Assembly (NCBI RefSeq): GCF_056712565.1
Contig: NZ_CM160072.1
Strand: one strand, 5' to 3'
Length of the DNA: 64,000 nt
The translations under genes and the position numbers were made by a program. Positions within the stretch are counted from its first letter, which is position 1; each line of letters begins with the position of its first letter. This document shows, in pieces, positions 35,802 to 46,483 of the stretch. A model generated the notes under the pieces. That model had not been told where the DNA came from and did no database searches. It worked only from the letters and a program-made list of their open reading frames with translations.

Positions 35802-36833
35802 TTAGAAAACAAGCTGGACTTTTGCTGCCTGGGTTTTATCACCGGCGAAACGTAGCGCCTCTTCCAGGTCTGTGAAGGGATATTCAGCACTCAGTAAAGG
35901 CAGTGGATTGATAACGCCATTCGCCAGCCATGACACTGCGGTATTAAATTCGCTGGTAAAACGGAAAGAGCCTTTGAGTGAAATCTCCTTACCAATCAAT
36001 GTCATCATTGGGAATTCTGCCATCGCGCCTCCCATACCTACCTGCACCATTACGCCGCGTGCACGAGTGACCTCCAGACAGGTATTCACTGATGAAGGAT
36101 GACCGGACACTTCAAAGCTGACATCGAAATAGCCTTTTTCCGCTTTCCAGTGATCCATGTCGTCGTTTTGTGGGTTTACGAGCACATCCGCCCCCATCTC
36201 TTTGCCCAGCGAAAGGGAACGGGGACTCACATCGGCACAGACAATTTCCGCGGCCCCCAGTGTTTTCACAGCACTGACAATCAGGCAGCCAATGGGCCCA
36301 ACACCAGAAATAAATACTCGCTTGCCCTGTAACTCGCCGGCCTGATGTGCGGCATGAATCGCGACGGCTAAAGGTTCGGCAAAAGCCATAACCTTTTCGT
36401 CAGCTTTGGCCGGATAAGGGACACATTGCGACGTTTCGACCATTTTATAACGGGTAAAGCCACCATCAACATGAGGGAAATACATGGCACTGCCAAAAAA
36501 ACGCATCTCTGTACACTGATTCTCGTTATGTTCAATGCAGTATTTGCAGTGACCGCACGGTTTAGACGGATTAATGGCTACCGTTTGCCCTTCATGTAAT
36601 TTTGATGAGTCGCTATGAATAACTTTACCGATAACTTCATGACCTAACACCATCGGTGCCTTTATCATGAAATTACCTACTTTTCCTTCCTGATAATAAT
36701 GTAAATCGGAACCGCAAATTCCACCTCGGGTTATTTGTACTAATGTTCCATTATTATTCCAATCTATCGTCTGCTCGGTAACGGCAACAGTTTTCTTGCC
36801 CGCAACAACGCAGGACTGTGTTTTCACTTGCAT
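35802..36833 (-). CDS. idnD: L-idonate 5-dehydrogenase (zinc MDR)
   Basis: 343 aa; zinc-binding alcohol dehydrogenase motifs (GHEVIG, CGHCKYC). Confidence 0.92.
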   Translation of the reverse strand: MQVKTQSCVVAGKKTVAVTEQTIDWNNNGTLVQITRGGICGSDLHYYQEGKVGNFMIKAPMVLGHEVIGKVIHSDSSKLHEGQTVAINPSKPCGHCKYCIEHNENQCTEMRFFGSAMYFPHVDGGFTRYKMVETSQCVPYPAKADEKVMAFAEPLAVAIHAAHQAGELQGKRVFISGVGPIGCLIVSAVKTLGAAEIVCADVSPRSLSLGKEMGADVLVNPQNDDMDHWKAEKGYFDVSFEVSGHPSSVNTCLEVTRARGVMVQVGMGGAMAEFPMMTLIGKEISLKGSFRFTSEFNTAVSWLANGVINPLPLLSAEYPFTDLEEALRFAGDKTQAAKVQLVF

Positions 36834-37049
36834 AAATTCCTCACTGGTCAGGTAGACACCTCGGAAGCATTTAAGCGGTTTTAATTGTCATTATTTGTGA
36901 TGAAGATCACGTTAGAAAATTGTTACATTACTATGTTACGCATAACGTGATGTGCCTTGTAATTCTTATCAGCAGAAATAAAAAAACGTGAAATTATTAC
37001 GCCACCAGGCGTAGTATCGCAGCAGGTAAGATGATTCAGGAGATTTTAA

Positions 37050-37613
37050 ATGGCGGGTGAAAGCTTTATTTTGATGGGCGTATCAGGGAGTGGTAAAACA
37101 TTAATTGGTAGCAAGGTTGCCGCGTTATTGTCTGCGAAATTTATTGATGGTGACGATCTTCATCCAGCCAAAAATATAGATAAAATGTCGCAAGGCATTC
37201 CATTATCTGATGAAGATCGACTTCCCTGGCTGGAACGCTTAAATGATGCTTCATACAGTCTTTATAAAAAGAATGAAACAGGATTTATTGTCTGTTCATC
37301 ATTAAAAAAACAGTATCGTGATATTTTACGCAAGGGTAGCCCCCATGTTCATTTCCTCTGGTTAGATGGCGATTATGAAACTATTCTCGCGCGAATGCAG
37401 CGTCGGGCTGGGCATTTTATGCCGGTAGCGTTACTAAAAAGTCAGTTTGAGGCGCTGGAGCGTCCACAAGCAGATGAACAGGATATTGTGCGCATTGATA
37501 TCAACCATGATATTGCCAATGTCACCGAACAATGTCGGCAGGCTGTGCTGGCGATACGACAAAACAGAATATGTGCGAAAGAGGGCAGCGCCTCAGATCA
37601 GCGCTGCGAATGA
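37050..37613 (+). CDS. idnK: gluconate kinase (thermosensitive)
   Basis: 187 aa; P-loop GVSGSGKT. Confidence 0.92.
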   Translation: MAGESFILMGVSGSGKTLIGSKVAALLSAKFIDGDDLHPAKNIDKMSQGIPLSDEDRLPWLERLNDASYSLYKKNETGFIVCSSLKKQYRDILRKGSPHVHFLWLDGDYETILARMQRRAGHFMPVALLKSQFEALERPQADEQDIVRIDINHDIANVTEQCRQAVLAIRQNRICAKEGSASDQRCE

Positions 37614-37616
37614 TTT

Positions 37617-38636
37617 TCAAAAATCGGCTTTCAACACCACGCGGTAACGCGCCTTACCGTCGCGCACATGCTGGATGGCGTCGTTAATTTTCGACATCGG
37701 GAACAGTTCGGTAGTCGGCGCAACCTTGCTGCGGGCGGCAAAGCGCATCAGCTTACGCAACTCATAAGGTGTACCGGTAGCAGAGCCAGAGACACTGCGA
37801 TCGCCCGCAATCAGCGTAAAGGCCGGAACCGGCAACGGCGTGAGAACCGCACCGACGGTGTGGAAATTACCGCCATACGTCAGCGCCTCAAAATAAGGCT
37901 GCCAGTCGAGGCTGACGTTCACAGTATTGATAATGAGATCAAACTGCCCCGCCAGAGTTTTCAGTGCCTGCGGATCGCGGCTATTCACCACTTTATCGGC
38001 ACCCATCGCCAGTACTTCCTGCTCTTTCGCCGGATTTGAACTAAAGGCTGTCACCTCGCATCCCATTGCGTGCAGAAGTTTTATAGCGATATGCCCCAGC
38101 CCGCCAATACCAATTACCCCAACGCGGCTGGTAGCAGTGATATGGTGCATCAACAGTGGTTTAAAGACCGTGATACCGCCGCACAACAGCGGCCCGGCGG
38201 ACTCGATATCAATATTTTCTGGCAGTGGAATCACCCATTGCCAGTCCGCACGCAACTTCTCGGCAAAGCCACCGCGATTCATAATCGTCGGCACCGCACC
38301 TTGCTCGCAGTTGATCTGATTACCGCTAATACAGGCGTCGCAGTGACCACAGCTACGCGCCGTCCAGCCAATCCCGACACGCTGACCGACCTGCAAACCT
38401 TTATCCTGCGCGGCGCTCCCGAGTGCCACCACGCGCCCAATCACCTCATGCCCGGCAACCAGCGGATATTGTGAAAATCCCCATTCGTTATCGATCATCG
38501 ACAGATCGGAATGGCAGATCCCGCAGTAATCCACCTGCACTTCAACATCTTGTGGCCTCAGCTCACCGGGATCGTACTCATAAACTTCCAGTTCGCCGCC
38601 CGCTTCTTTTGCGGCATAGCTTTTTATCATCGACAT
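37617..38636 (-). CDS. ahr: NADPH-dependent aldehyde reductase (zinc MDR)
   Basis: 339 aa from [21 protein letters not shown] and GHEVIG zinc-ADH motifs. Confidence 0.9.
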   Translation of the reverse strand: MSMIKSYAAKEAGGELEVYEYDPGELRPQDVEVQVDYCGICHSDLSMIDNEWGFSQYPLVAGHEVIGRVVALGSAAQDKGLQVGQRVGIGWTARSCGHCDACISGNQINCEQGAVPTIMNRGGFAEKLRADWQWVIPLPENIDIESAGPLLCGGITVFKPLLMHHITATSRVGVIGIGGLGHIAIKLLHAMGCEVTAFSSNPAKEQEVLAMGADKVVNSRDPQALKTLAGQFDLIINTVNVSLDWQPYFEALTYGGNFHTVGAVLTPLPVPAFTLIAGDRSVSGSATGTPYELRKLMRFAARSKVAPTTELFPMSKINDAIQHVRDGKARYRVVLKADF

Positions 38637-38831
38637 TTTTTGGTCCTTCTCTGGTGTTGTTTGGGAAGTGTAGAGCATGGCAGGGCGGGGTGCCTGGAGT
38701 GTGACAAAGGTTACACATCGCTGTATGCAATGCTGAAAATTTCAGCACTTAGCGAGGTGCGAGCAAGCTGGCGCTTGCATGGTGGCGTGCGACAGGTATA
38801 ATCCACAACGTTTTCCGCATACCTCTTCAGT

Positions 38832-38916
38832 GCCGAAGTGGCGAAATCGGTAGACGCAGTTGATTCAAAATCAACCGTAGAAATACGTGCCGGTTCGAGT
38901 CCGGCCTTCGGCACCA
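38832..38916 (+). tRNA. leuX: tRNA-Leu (anticodon CAA)
   Basis: 85-nt sequence gccgaagtggcgaaatcggtagacgcagttgattCAAaatcaacc...ggcacca with long variable arm and encoded CCA. Confidence 0.95.
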
Positions 38917-39176
38917 AAAGTATGTAAATAGACCTCAACTGAGGTCTTTTTTTATGCCTGAAATCCAGTGTTTATCTATCTTTCCCGCTATATTAACTCT
39001 CTCAAGGTCAACCGATATCAACGTACATCTACCAACATATGTTGGTACAGATGATGGTATTTCCGGTTCGATAATGCTTGTACCAACAGGGAGGGAATAC
39101 GATGGCATTAACAGATATCAAAGTCAGAGCAGCCAAGCCAACGGATAAGCAATATTAGCTGACTGATGGTGGCGGT

Positions 39177-40367
39177 ATGCATCTGCTTGTCCATCCAAAT
39201 GGTTCTAAGTACTGGCGTTTGCAGTACCGTTATGAGGGAAAGCAAAAAATGCTGGCACTTGGGGTTTATCCTGAAATCACACTAGCGGATGCCAGAGTAC
39301 GTCGTGACGAGACGCGTAAGCTGCTTGCGAATGGCGTCGATCCGGGAGACAAAAAGAAAAATGATAAGGTTGAACAGAGTAAAGCACGAACCTTTAAAGA
39401 AGTCGCGATTGAGTGGCATGGCACCAATAAAAAGTGGTCTGAAGATCACGCCCATCGTGTGCTAAAAAGTCTTGAAGATAATCTTTTTGCAGCGCTTGGT
39501 GAACGTAATATCGCTGAGTTAAAAACTCGAGATTTATTAGCACCTATTAAGGCCGTAGAAATGTCTGGACGTCTTGAAGTGGCCGCTCGTCTTCAGCAGC
39601 GCACTACAGCCATCATGCGCTATGCAGTGCAAAGTGGGTTAATTGATTATAACCCGGCACAAGAGATGGCTGGGGCGGTTGCTTCCTGTAATCGACAACA
39701 TCGTCCCGCGCTTGAATTAAAGCGCATCCCTGAGTTGCTTACAAAAATAGATAGCTATACTGGTAGGCCGCTAACCCGATGGGCGATAGAACTCACTTTG
39801 CTGATCTTTATTCGGTCCAGTGAGCTGCGTTTTGCTCGTTGGTCAGAGATCGATTTCGAAGCGTCTATATGGACTATCCCACCGGAGCGGGAGCCTATTC
39901 CTGGAGTGAAACATTCCCATAGAGGCTCAAAAATGCGTACAACGCATCTAGTGCCTCTTTCAACGCAAGCTCTTGCAATTTTAAAGCAGATAAAACAGTT
40001 TTATGGGGCCCATGACTTGATATTTATTGGTGATCACGATTCGCACAAACCCATGAGTGAGAATACGGTAAATAGTGCGTTACGGGTCATGGGGTATGAT
40101 ACAAAAGTAGAGGTTTGTGGTCATGGCTTTCGAACAATGGCCTGTAGTTCATTGGTCGAATCAGGTCTGTGGTCTCGTGATGCTGTTGAACGCCAGATGA
40201 GCCACATGGCGCGAAATTCAGTGAGGGCCGCGTATATCCATAAAGCAGAGCATCTGGAAGAACGGCGATTGATGCTACAGTGGTGGGCCGATTTTCTGGA
40301 TGTAAACAGAGAAAGGTTTATCAGTCCATTTGAATATGCAAAGATTAATAATCCATTAAAACAGTAA
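39177..40367 (+). CDS. intB: P4-type tyrosine integrase; the ancestral N-terminus upstream (ATG 39102) is cut off by an in-frame TAG at 39156
   Basis: 396-aa ORF with C-terminal tyrosine-recombinase catalytic region (HGFRTMA...RAAYIH); upstream in-frame MALTDIKVRAAKPTDKQY then TAG. Confidence 0.85.
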   Translation: MHLLVHPNGSKYWRLQYRYEGKQKMLALGVYPEITLADARVRRDETRKLLANGVDPGDKKKNDKVEQSKARTFKEVAIEWHGTNKKWSEDHAHRVLKSLEDNLFAALGERNIAELKTRDLLAPIKAVEMSGRLEVAARLQQRTTAIMRYAVQSGLIDYNPAQEMAGAVASCNRQHRPALELKRIPELLTKIDSYTGRPLTRWAIELTLLIFIRSSELRFARWSEIDFEASIWTIPPEREPIPGVKHSHRGSKMRTTHLVPLSTQALAILKQIKQFYGAHDLIFIGDHDSHKPMSENTVNSALRVMGYDTKVEVCGHGFRTMACSSLVESGLWSRDAVERQMSHMARNSVRAAYIHKAEHLEERRLMLQWWADFLDVNRERFISPFEYAKINNPLKQ

Positions 40368-40371
40368 TCAT

Positions 40372-40390
40372 CCCGGGCAAATGCCCGGGA
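40372..40390 (+). terminator. hairpin after intB (cccgggca-aat-gcccggg)
   Basis: perfect inverted repeat immediately after the intB stop. Confidence 0.55.
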
Positions 40391-40539
40391 ATTATTCTAG
40401 GATTATTTTCTTTGTTAAAAAAGACAAACGGTATTAACTGATGTATTTACTATTTACCGCTCCCTGCAGGGGGGATTATCAGAATCCGCGGTTATTCATT
40501 ATTTATATACATTCAATAAAAAAGTAACTGGATTTGCCC

Positions 40540-41445
40540 CTATATTTCCAGACACCTGTTATCACTTAACCCATTACTGGCTTGCTGCCGTAGATATTCC
40601 CGTGGCGAGCGATAACCCAGTGCACTATGCGGATGCCATTCGTTATAATGCTCGAACGCCTCTGCAAGGTTCTTTGCTGCCGTTAACCCGTCTGGTTTGG
40701 GCATGACACTGATGTAGTCACGCTTTATCGTTTTCACGAAGCTCTCTGCTATGCCGTTACTCTCCGGACTCCGCACCGCCGTGCTCTTCGGTTCAAGCCC
40801 CAACATCCGGGCAAACTGCCGTGTTTCATTAGCCCGGTAGCATGAACCATTATCCGTCAGCCACTCTACTGGAGACGCCGGAAGCTCGTTGCCGAAGCGG
40901 CGTTCCACCGCTCCCAGCATGACGTCCTGTACTGTTTCACTGTTGAAGCCGCCCGTAGTGACCGCCCAGTGCAGTGCCTCACGGTCACAGCAGTCCAGCG
41001 CGAACGTGACTCGCAGTTTTTCTCCGTTATCACAGCGGAACTCGAACCCGTCAGAGCACCATCGCTGATTACTTTCTTTCACAGCCACTCTGCCTGTATG
41101 TGCCCGTTTCGATGGCGGTACAGCAGGTTTTCGCTCAAGCAACAGCGCATTCTGGCGCATGATCCGGTAAACACGTTTGGCATTGATCGCAGGCATACCA
41201 TCAAGTTCTGCCTGTCTGCGAAGCAGCGCCCATACCCGACGATAACCATACGTGGGCAGCTCTCCGATAACATGGTGTATACGGAGAAGCACATCCGTAT
41301 CATCAGTGTGACGACTGCGGCGGCCATCCATCCAGTCATCGGTTCGTCTGAGAATGACGTGCAACTGCGCACGCGACACCCGGAGACAACGGCTGACTAA
41401 GCTTACTCCCCATCCCCGGGCAATAAGGGCGCGTGCGCTATCCAC
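40540..41445 (-). CDS. insD: IS2 transposase OrfB
   Basis: 301 aa DDE transposase within IS2. Confidence 0.9.
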
Positions 41446-41768
41446 TTTTTTGCCCGTCCATATTCAACGGCTTCTTTGAGGAGTTCATTTTCCATCGTTT
41501 TCTTGCCGAGCAGGCGCTGGAGTTCTTTAATCTGCTTCATGGCGGCAGCAAGTTCAGAGGCAGGAACAACCTGTTCTCCGGCGGCGACAGCAGTAAGACT
41601 TCCTTCCTGGTATTGCTTACGCCAGAGAAATAACTGGCTGGCTGCTACACCATGTTGCCGGGCAACGAGGGAGACCGTCATCCCTGGTTCAAAGCTCTGC
41701 TGAACAATTGCGATCTTTTCCTGTGTGGTACGCCGTCTGCGTTTCTCCGGTCCTAAGACATCAATCAT
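41403..41768 (-). CDS. insC: IS2 OrfA (HTH)
   Basis: starts [26 protein letters not shown]; overlaps insD in the -1 frame. Confidence 0.85.
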
Positions 41769-42099
41769 CTGCTCTCCAATGACTAGTCTAAAAACTAGTA
41801 TTAAGACTATCACTTAAATAAGTGATATTGGTTGTCTGGAGATTCAGGGGGCCAGTCTAGTAACCTCATAAAAAATCCTGTACTCACAGGGTGATGCGGG
41901 ATAACTGACGTAAGGAGTGCTGCAGGGATTTGATGGTCCCTTGTGCTGATATGAATACGGATATTTTATACAGAATACTTTTCAGTACAAGCGACTGTAT
42001 TACAGTCTGCCATATATGATTACCTGTGATCAGGAAGAATAAGTGGCTGAGGTTTCAAACTGTCTGCCGGTATATTCCTCTCTCCCTTAAAAACCATAA

Positions 42100-43330
42100 C
42101 AGGTTAGTTATCTTCGTCTGTCAGCGGATTGAATGGCGGTATATTTTCAGTACAAATACCGGTCATCCACTGAAAAATACCTGCGAAATGACGGGCACTG
42201 ATTTTTCTACTGACGGGCTGATGAGACGTTATGTCACTGGCGGTAATAATCAGTGGCACACTGTAGCCTCCCTGCACATGACCATAATGATGAACAGGAT
42301 TGGCACTGTCGCTGACCGACAGCCCAAGGCCAGAAAAGTAAAGCATGGCGAAATGACGTGAGTACCGGCGAAGGATACCATCAAGCTGGCCAAGAAAGTT
42401 ATCCAGTTTACTGATGCTGGCGAGGTAACAGGCAATTTTTCGGGGATACTGCTCCAGGTAATTATTCGGCTAGGAGTTAAGGCTGTCACACGGATTTGGA
42501 TGAGAACCCATCATGTGCAGGAAAATTATCTTCGGAGAGGATGTATCCGCCAGCGCACGTTCTGTTTCCTGTAACAACAGTTTGTCATCTGTTTTACGGG
42601 AAGCGAAGCTGCCTTTCTTGAGGAAAGTGGCATGCTCCGCATCAGAAGCAATAACAGAGATGCGTGTGTCATGCCCCCCAGTTTTCCTTGATTGGATATC
42701 CACCATGTGCTGTATCCTGCTTTTGCTGCCAGCGCCACCACATTGTTGCCGGAATCAGGGTTCTGCTCATAGTCATAAATCAGTGTCCGGCTCAGGGAAG
42801 ACACTGTACTGGAGGCTGTCGAGGTATAATCGTCAATAAATAAACCGGGTGCCGTATTCAGCCACGGTGTGGTTGGTACGGGATAGTCATACACTGACAT
42901 ATAATCCCTGCGCACACTCTCACCAGTGACAATAACAATCGTATCATATAACGGTGCTCCCGGCTGGATTTTCCAGTTGTCAGCCCCGTGCTACTCAGTT
43001 GTTCATAACGCTGCATTTCACGTAATGTGTCAGTTGTCCCCACAACTGTTCCTTTAACCATCCGCAATGGCCAACGGTTTACAGAGCATAATACGAATAG
43101 CCGTAGAGCCAGCCAGTTACGGTGGTCGCGATGGTGTGTCCGCCAGAAAATCACCACGAATACCAGAATCGCGGCACTGACCAGAAAATGATAAACAGGA
43201 AACACGGGGCGGTTCACTTTGCTTTCTCCTGTAGTGTTTTCTGTAGGTTCTGAACCGGTTCTAGCGGGGTTGTGAGGCTGATGGCAATCGCCGGGCTCTT
43301 CCTGCATGTTACACTGGTACTGCAAGAGGG
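42100..43330 (-). pseudogene. yjgX: EptA/sulfatase-family phosphoethanolamine transferase remnant, broken into several frames
   Basis: adjacent minus-strand ORF fragments with sulfatase-type motifs (HMMGSHPNPCDSL, VPLIITASD, DYMSVYDYPVP) and an upstream membrane-domain fragment. Confidence 0.6.
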
Positions 43331-43649
43331 GGCCTTCGCTCCTCTGACATTACTCAGTATTTTCACTACTACACCCCATCTGCCATCCATAACAACCGAT
43401 TCACCCCCTCGCGAGGCGTTGTTGCCCGTCACCCGGACAGACACCGTTATGGATTTCTCTTGTTGCACGATCGATCAATTGTTATGCATGCTGACACCAC
43501 AACCCCGGTGGGTATGACCGATGCCTTTCTCACTCTCTTCCCGGTCATCGTCGGCCTTCCCCGTTATTGTGGCGTGTCAGCACCCTCGACGGCATTTCGA
43601 TGGCTGCTCAGTGTTCACTCACGTTACGGCCCGCATAACCCGTTGACTT

Positions 43650-44015
43650 CCTGAAGAAGTCGTTTCAGGGAGAGATTCAGCCCTTTTGTTACCTCCTGGA
43701 CCGCTTCTTGTCCTTCCAGTCGGAGCGAGAGTTAGCCGGGGCGGACTTTCACCGACGGAAAGATCGTGCATTTCAAGGCACACACAACAATATCTGCGAG
43801 CGTGCTATCCGTCCGGTCGTTATGGGACGAAAGGCCTGGTTGTTCGCTGGTTCACTGGTGGCCGGGAACCGCGCGGCACAGATAATGAGCCTTCTGGGAA
43901 CCGCAGTCTGGAGCCACATGCTTGGCTGACGGACGTCCTGACGCGTCTGCCGGAGTGGCCGGAGGAGAGGTTGGCTGAGTTACTGCCTCTTGAGGGCTTT
44001 ACCTTCTTCGGGTAA
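43650..44015 (+). pseudogene. yjgZ: IS66-family transposase C-terminal remnant (109-aa ORF plus overlapping frame)
   Basis: two overlapping frames carry ERAIRPVVMGRKAWLFAGS...AAQIMSLLGTA and HAWLTDVLTRLPEWPEERLAELLP, the conserved C-terminal IS66 transposase region. Confidence 0.6.
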
Positions 44016-44515
44016 GTGATACCTGCCGTCAGGTGTTTGTGCACCGGGCCATAACCTGCAGTTGGGAATTGAACGCCTGACAACAGGAAATGAGCTAGAG
44101 CAGTAAACACGCGGGCTGACAATGGGTCAGAATATGAGTTAGCCCGGCGTTATTCCTGGGGTCAGTACTTCAGATCTAGCCTCCGGTACCAGACTAGCTA
44201 GCCCCTACGCAACCAAATAAATCAACCATCGTCAGAGTGCAATCGTTCATATACACTGTCGGTGATGCGCTAAAAAATGCGTTAATGTTGAGTTCCTCGA
44301 ACCCTTACCAATTAAGGGACATAGCCAGATACGCAACTGGCTGATGCAAGCAGTCTAATGTCTTTAGATCCGCTGGCCTGCGGGCATGACAATGTCAAAC
44401 AGTCAAAGATTGTGGCGTTGACGGTCAGTCTTGGGGACAAAAAAGCTCAGTATTCTCGTTGGCAACCAGATAATTTAACAGTTGATGCTGAAACGAAATA
44501 GGCATCTTGGTTCTG

Positions 44516-45941
44516 TAATGCCAGTCAGTTAAGCAACTGACTGGCTCTTTTTCGGGGCTGTGGGGTATTTCCAGGGCCTCTCCTTTACCACTCTCGGGAA
44601 GGCCCTTTCCCTTCTTGTCGGTAATTTCACAAGTTGTCCCATACTTGCAAGATCGCGCATCAGCTCCGGTATACGTCCCGGTGAAGCGCCCTGCAATGTT
44701 ATCAGCATTCTCATCACCATTCCGCATGATTCTGAGAAACTCAGTTGATTCGGCCAGTAACCTTTCAGATGTTCCGCCATTTTAATCATCTGATATCTCA
44801 CCAGATTATAAGCCAGTAAGACACCCCACAGCTCTTGCTCCACAAGCTCCGGCTTTTTACTTCTCAGCGTCAGCCTGCTCCGTTGCATCGTCTGTTTTAT
44901 CTCCCTGTATCCCAGTTCGATTTCCCAGCGATGACTGTACAGATCCCCCATTTCTCCTCCGGGGAAGCGCATGGCGTCCGTCATCGACGTCAGCAGATGG
45001 CAGACTTTTCCTTTGCGCGTCACGGTCAGCAGGCGGGCAGTCACTTCATTTCCCAGTCCCGGCCACTTTTTTCGTGCCTGCGGGCTGGTTTTCAGCTTCA
45101 CCAGATGATCGCCTTTACCCAGTTTTCTGATCTCTTCATATTGCGCTCCCTTTCTGAGAGGTATCATCCAGTGGCGGTGTTCTCCCGCCAGGCTCCAGGC
45201 ATTTAACAGTCCCAGTGAGTAATAACCTTTATCCATTAACGTCAGAGTGTTATCGCCGGTTTGTTCTATAAGTTGCTCAGCAAGCTCATTTTCGCTGTTC
45301 TTCATCGTGCCGAAGGCTGCAGCCGTCAGCAGATGGCTGGTCAGTTCCATCTGGCAGACCATTTTGACCTGCGGGTAGAGCGCCGGGTTCCCGGCATGTG
45401 TCTGGCGGGGGAAGGCTGCATCGTTCTCTGGTGTATCCGGTGTGCGCCAGAACACACCATCGATGGCCAGCAGGGTCAGGCCGCACCAGTGCGGATGCGG
45501 CGTGGCGTTATGCCAGAGCTGCGCTGTTTTCGTGAACACGCGGCGGACAGCCTCACTTCCCAGGCGCTGGCGGGCCTGAATAACGGCACTGGGGGCAACG
45601 AAGGGGCGATTGCCCGGCAGCATGATGTCCAGGCGATTCACAATCTGGTGAAGAGGTTCTTTACGCTCAAGCGCCATGCCAACAATACACCAGACCATCA
45701 TTTCGAGGGGAAGACGGCGCTTGCGTAGCGTTACAGTACCTGATTCGGCAAGGCAACGAGAGATGAGTTCGGGGTCGAGGTAATCCCCCAGAGAAGTCAG
45801 TGGGTTACGCAGAGAATCGTAACGGGATACCAGATCAAGAGCCTGTCCAATGTGCATAAAAAAATCCGGAAACAAGTGAGCGTTTCCGGATTCTTACACA
45901 GCCACTGGATCGGTCAACTGATCCTTAACTGATCGGCATTA
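44516..45941 (-). mobile_element. IS4, 1426 bp, flanked by 12-bp direct repeat atcttggttctg
   Basis: ends taatgcc...ggcatta; identical 12-mer at 44504-44515 and 45942-45953. Confidence 0.9.
44529..45875 (-). CDS. insG: IS4 transposase
   Basis: 448-aa ORF filling the element. Confidence 0.9.
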   Translation of the reverse strand: MFPDFFMHIGQALDLVSRYDSLRNPLTSLGDYLDPELISRCLAESGTVTLRKRRLPLEMMVWCIVGMALERKEPLHQIVNRLDIMLPGNRPFVAPSAVIQARQRLGSEAVRRVFTKTAQLWHNATPHPHWCGLTLLAIDGVFWRTPDTPENDAAFPRQTHAGNPALYPQVKMVCQMELTSHLLTAAAFGTMKNSENELAEQLIEQTGDNTLTLMDKGYYSLGLLNAWSLAGEHRHWMIPLRKGAQYEEIRKLGKGDHLVKLKTSPQARKKWPGLGNEVTARLLTVTRKGKVCHLLTSMTDAMRFPGGEMGDLYSHRWEIELGYREIKQTMQRSRLTLRSKKPELVEQELWGVLLAYNLVRYQMIKMAEHLKGYWPNQLSFSESCGMVMRMLITLQGASPGRIPELMRDLASMGQLVKLPTRRERAFPRVVKERPWKYPTAPKKSQSVA

Positions 45942-46050
45942 ATCTTGGTTCTGGTGTTTGTAACAAACTATCAGCTACAAAAATATGCTCAATTTGTGAC
46001 ATCAGTAACAAAACGCGTTTTGTTATGTGGATTGCTTGTTTTTTGATCTG

Positions 46051-46073
46051 GTATAACAGGTATAAAGGTATAC
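46051..46073 (+). promoter_or_regulatory. Nan box: three direct GGTATA repeats (NanR operator type) upstream of yjhB
   Basis: ggtataacaggtataaaggtata read directly about 410 bp upstream of the yjhB start. Confidence 0.65.
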
Positions 46074-46483
46074 AGAAAAGCAAAGAAATACTGCAAAGGA
46101 AAACAGCTATAACGTAAGCTAAAGTAATAACCTCTCAGTCTTTCCTCATTTGACGAAGGGAGTTTTATTCAACCTGAACGGACTACGAAAATGAGCACAA
46201 TGAATAAGTCAATTTTTGAAGCAGGGTTGAACTGTGCCAGTGGTGGAATATCTGGCGAACATTGTTTTTTGTTGGTGACCCAAAACTGTAGGTGGGTATC
46301 AGTTTTATCTTTCATAGAGTGAAATATGTTAAGAAGAAATGGAGGAAAAGATTGTACTGATTAGGTATTGATAACAATCAATAGTACTGGCGTATTTGAA
46401 GACAATATAATTATTTCTGGATATTGTTGAGGCTCCCTAATATTTACTTTAAGGGCTATATTAGAATAACACAGGAAACAAAT

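Larger units (their letters stand above)
40529..41859 (-). mobile_element. IS2 (IS3 family), 1331 bp, flanked by 5-bp direct repeat gtaac
   Basis: terminal sequences tggatttgcccctatatttccagaca and ggagattcagggggccagtcta; gtaac at 40524-40528 and 41860-41864. Confidence 0.9.
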
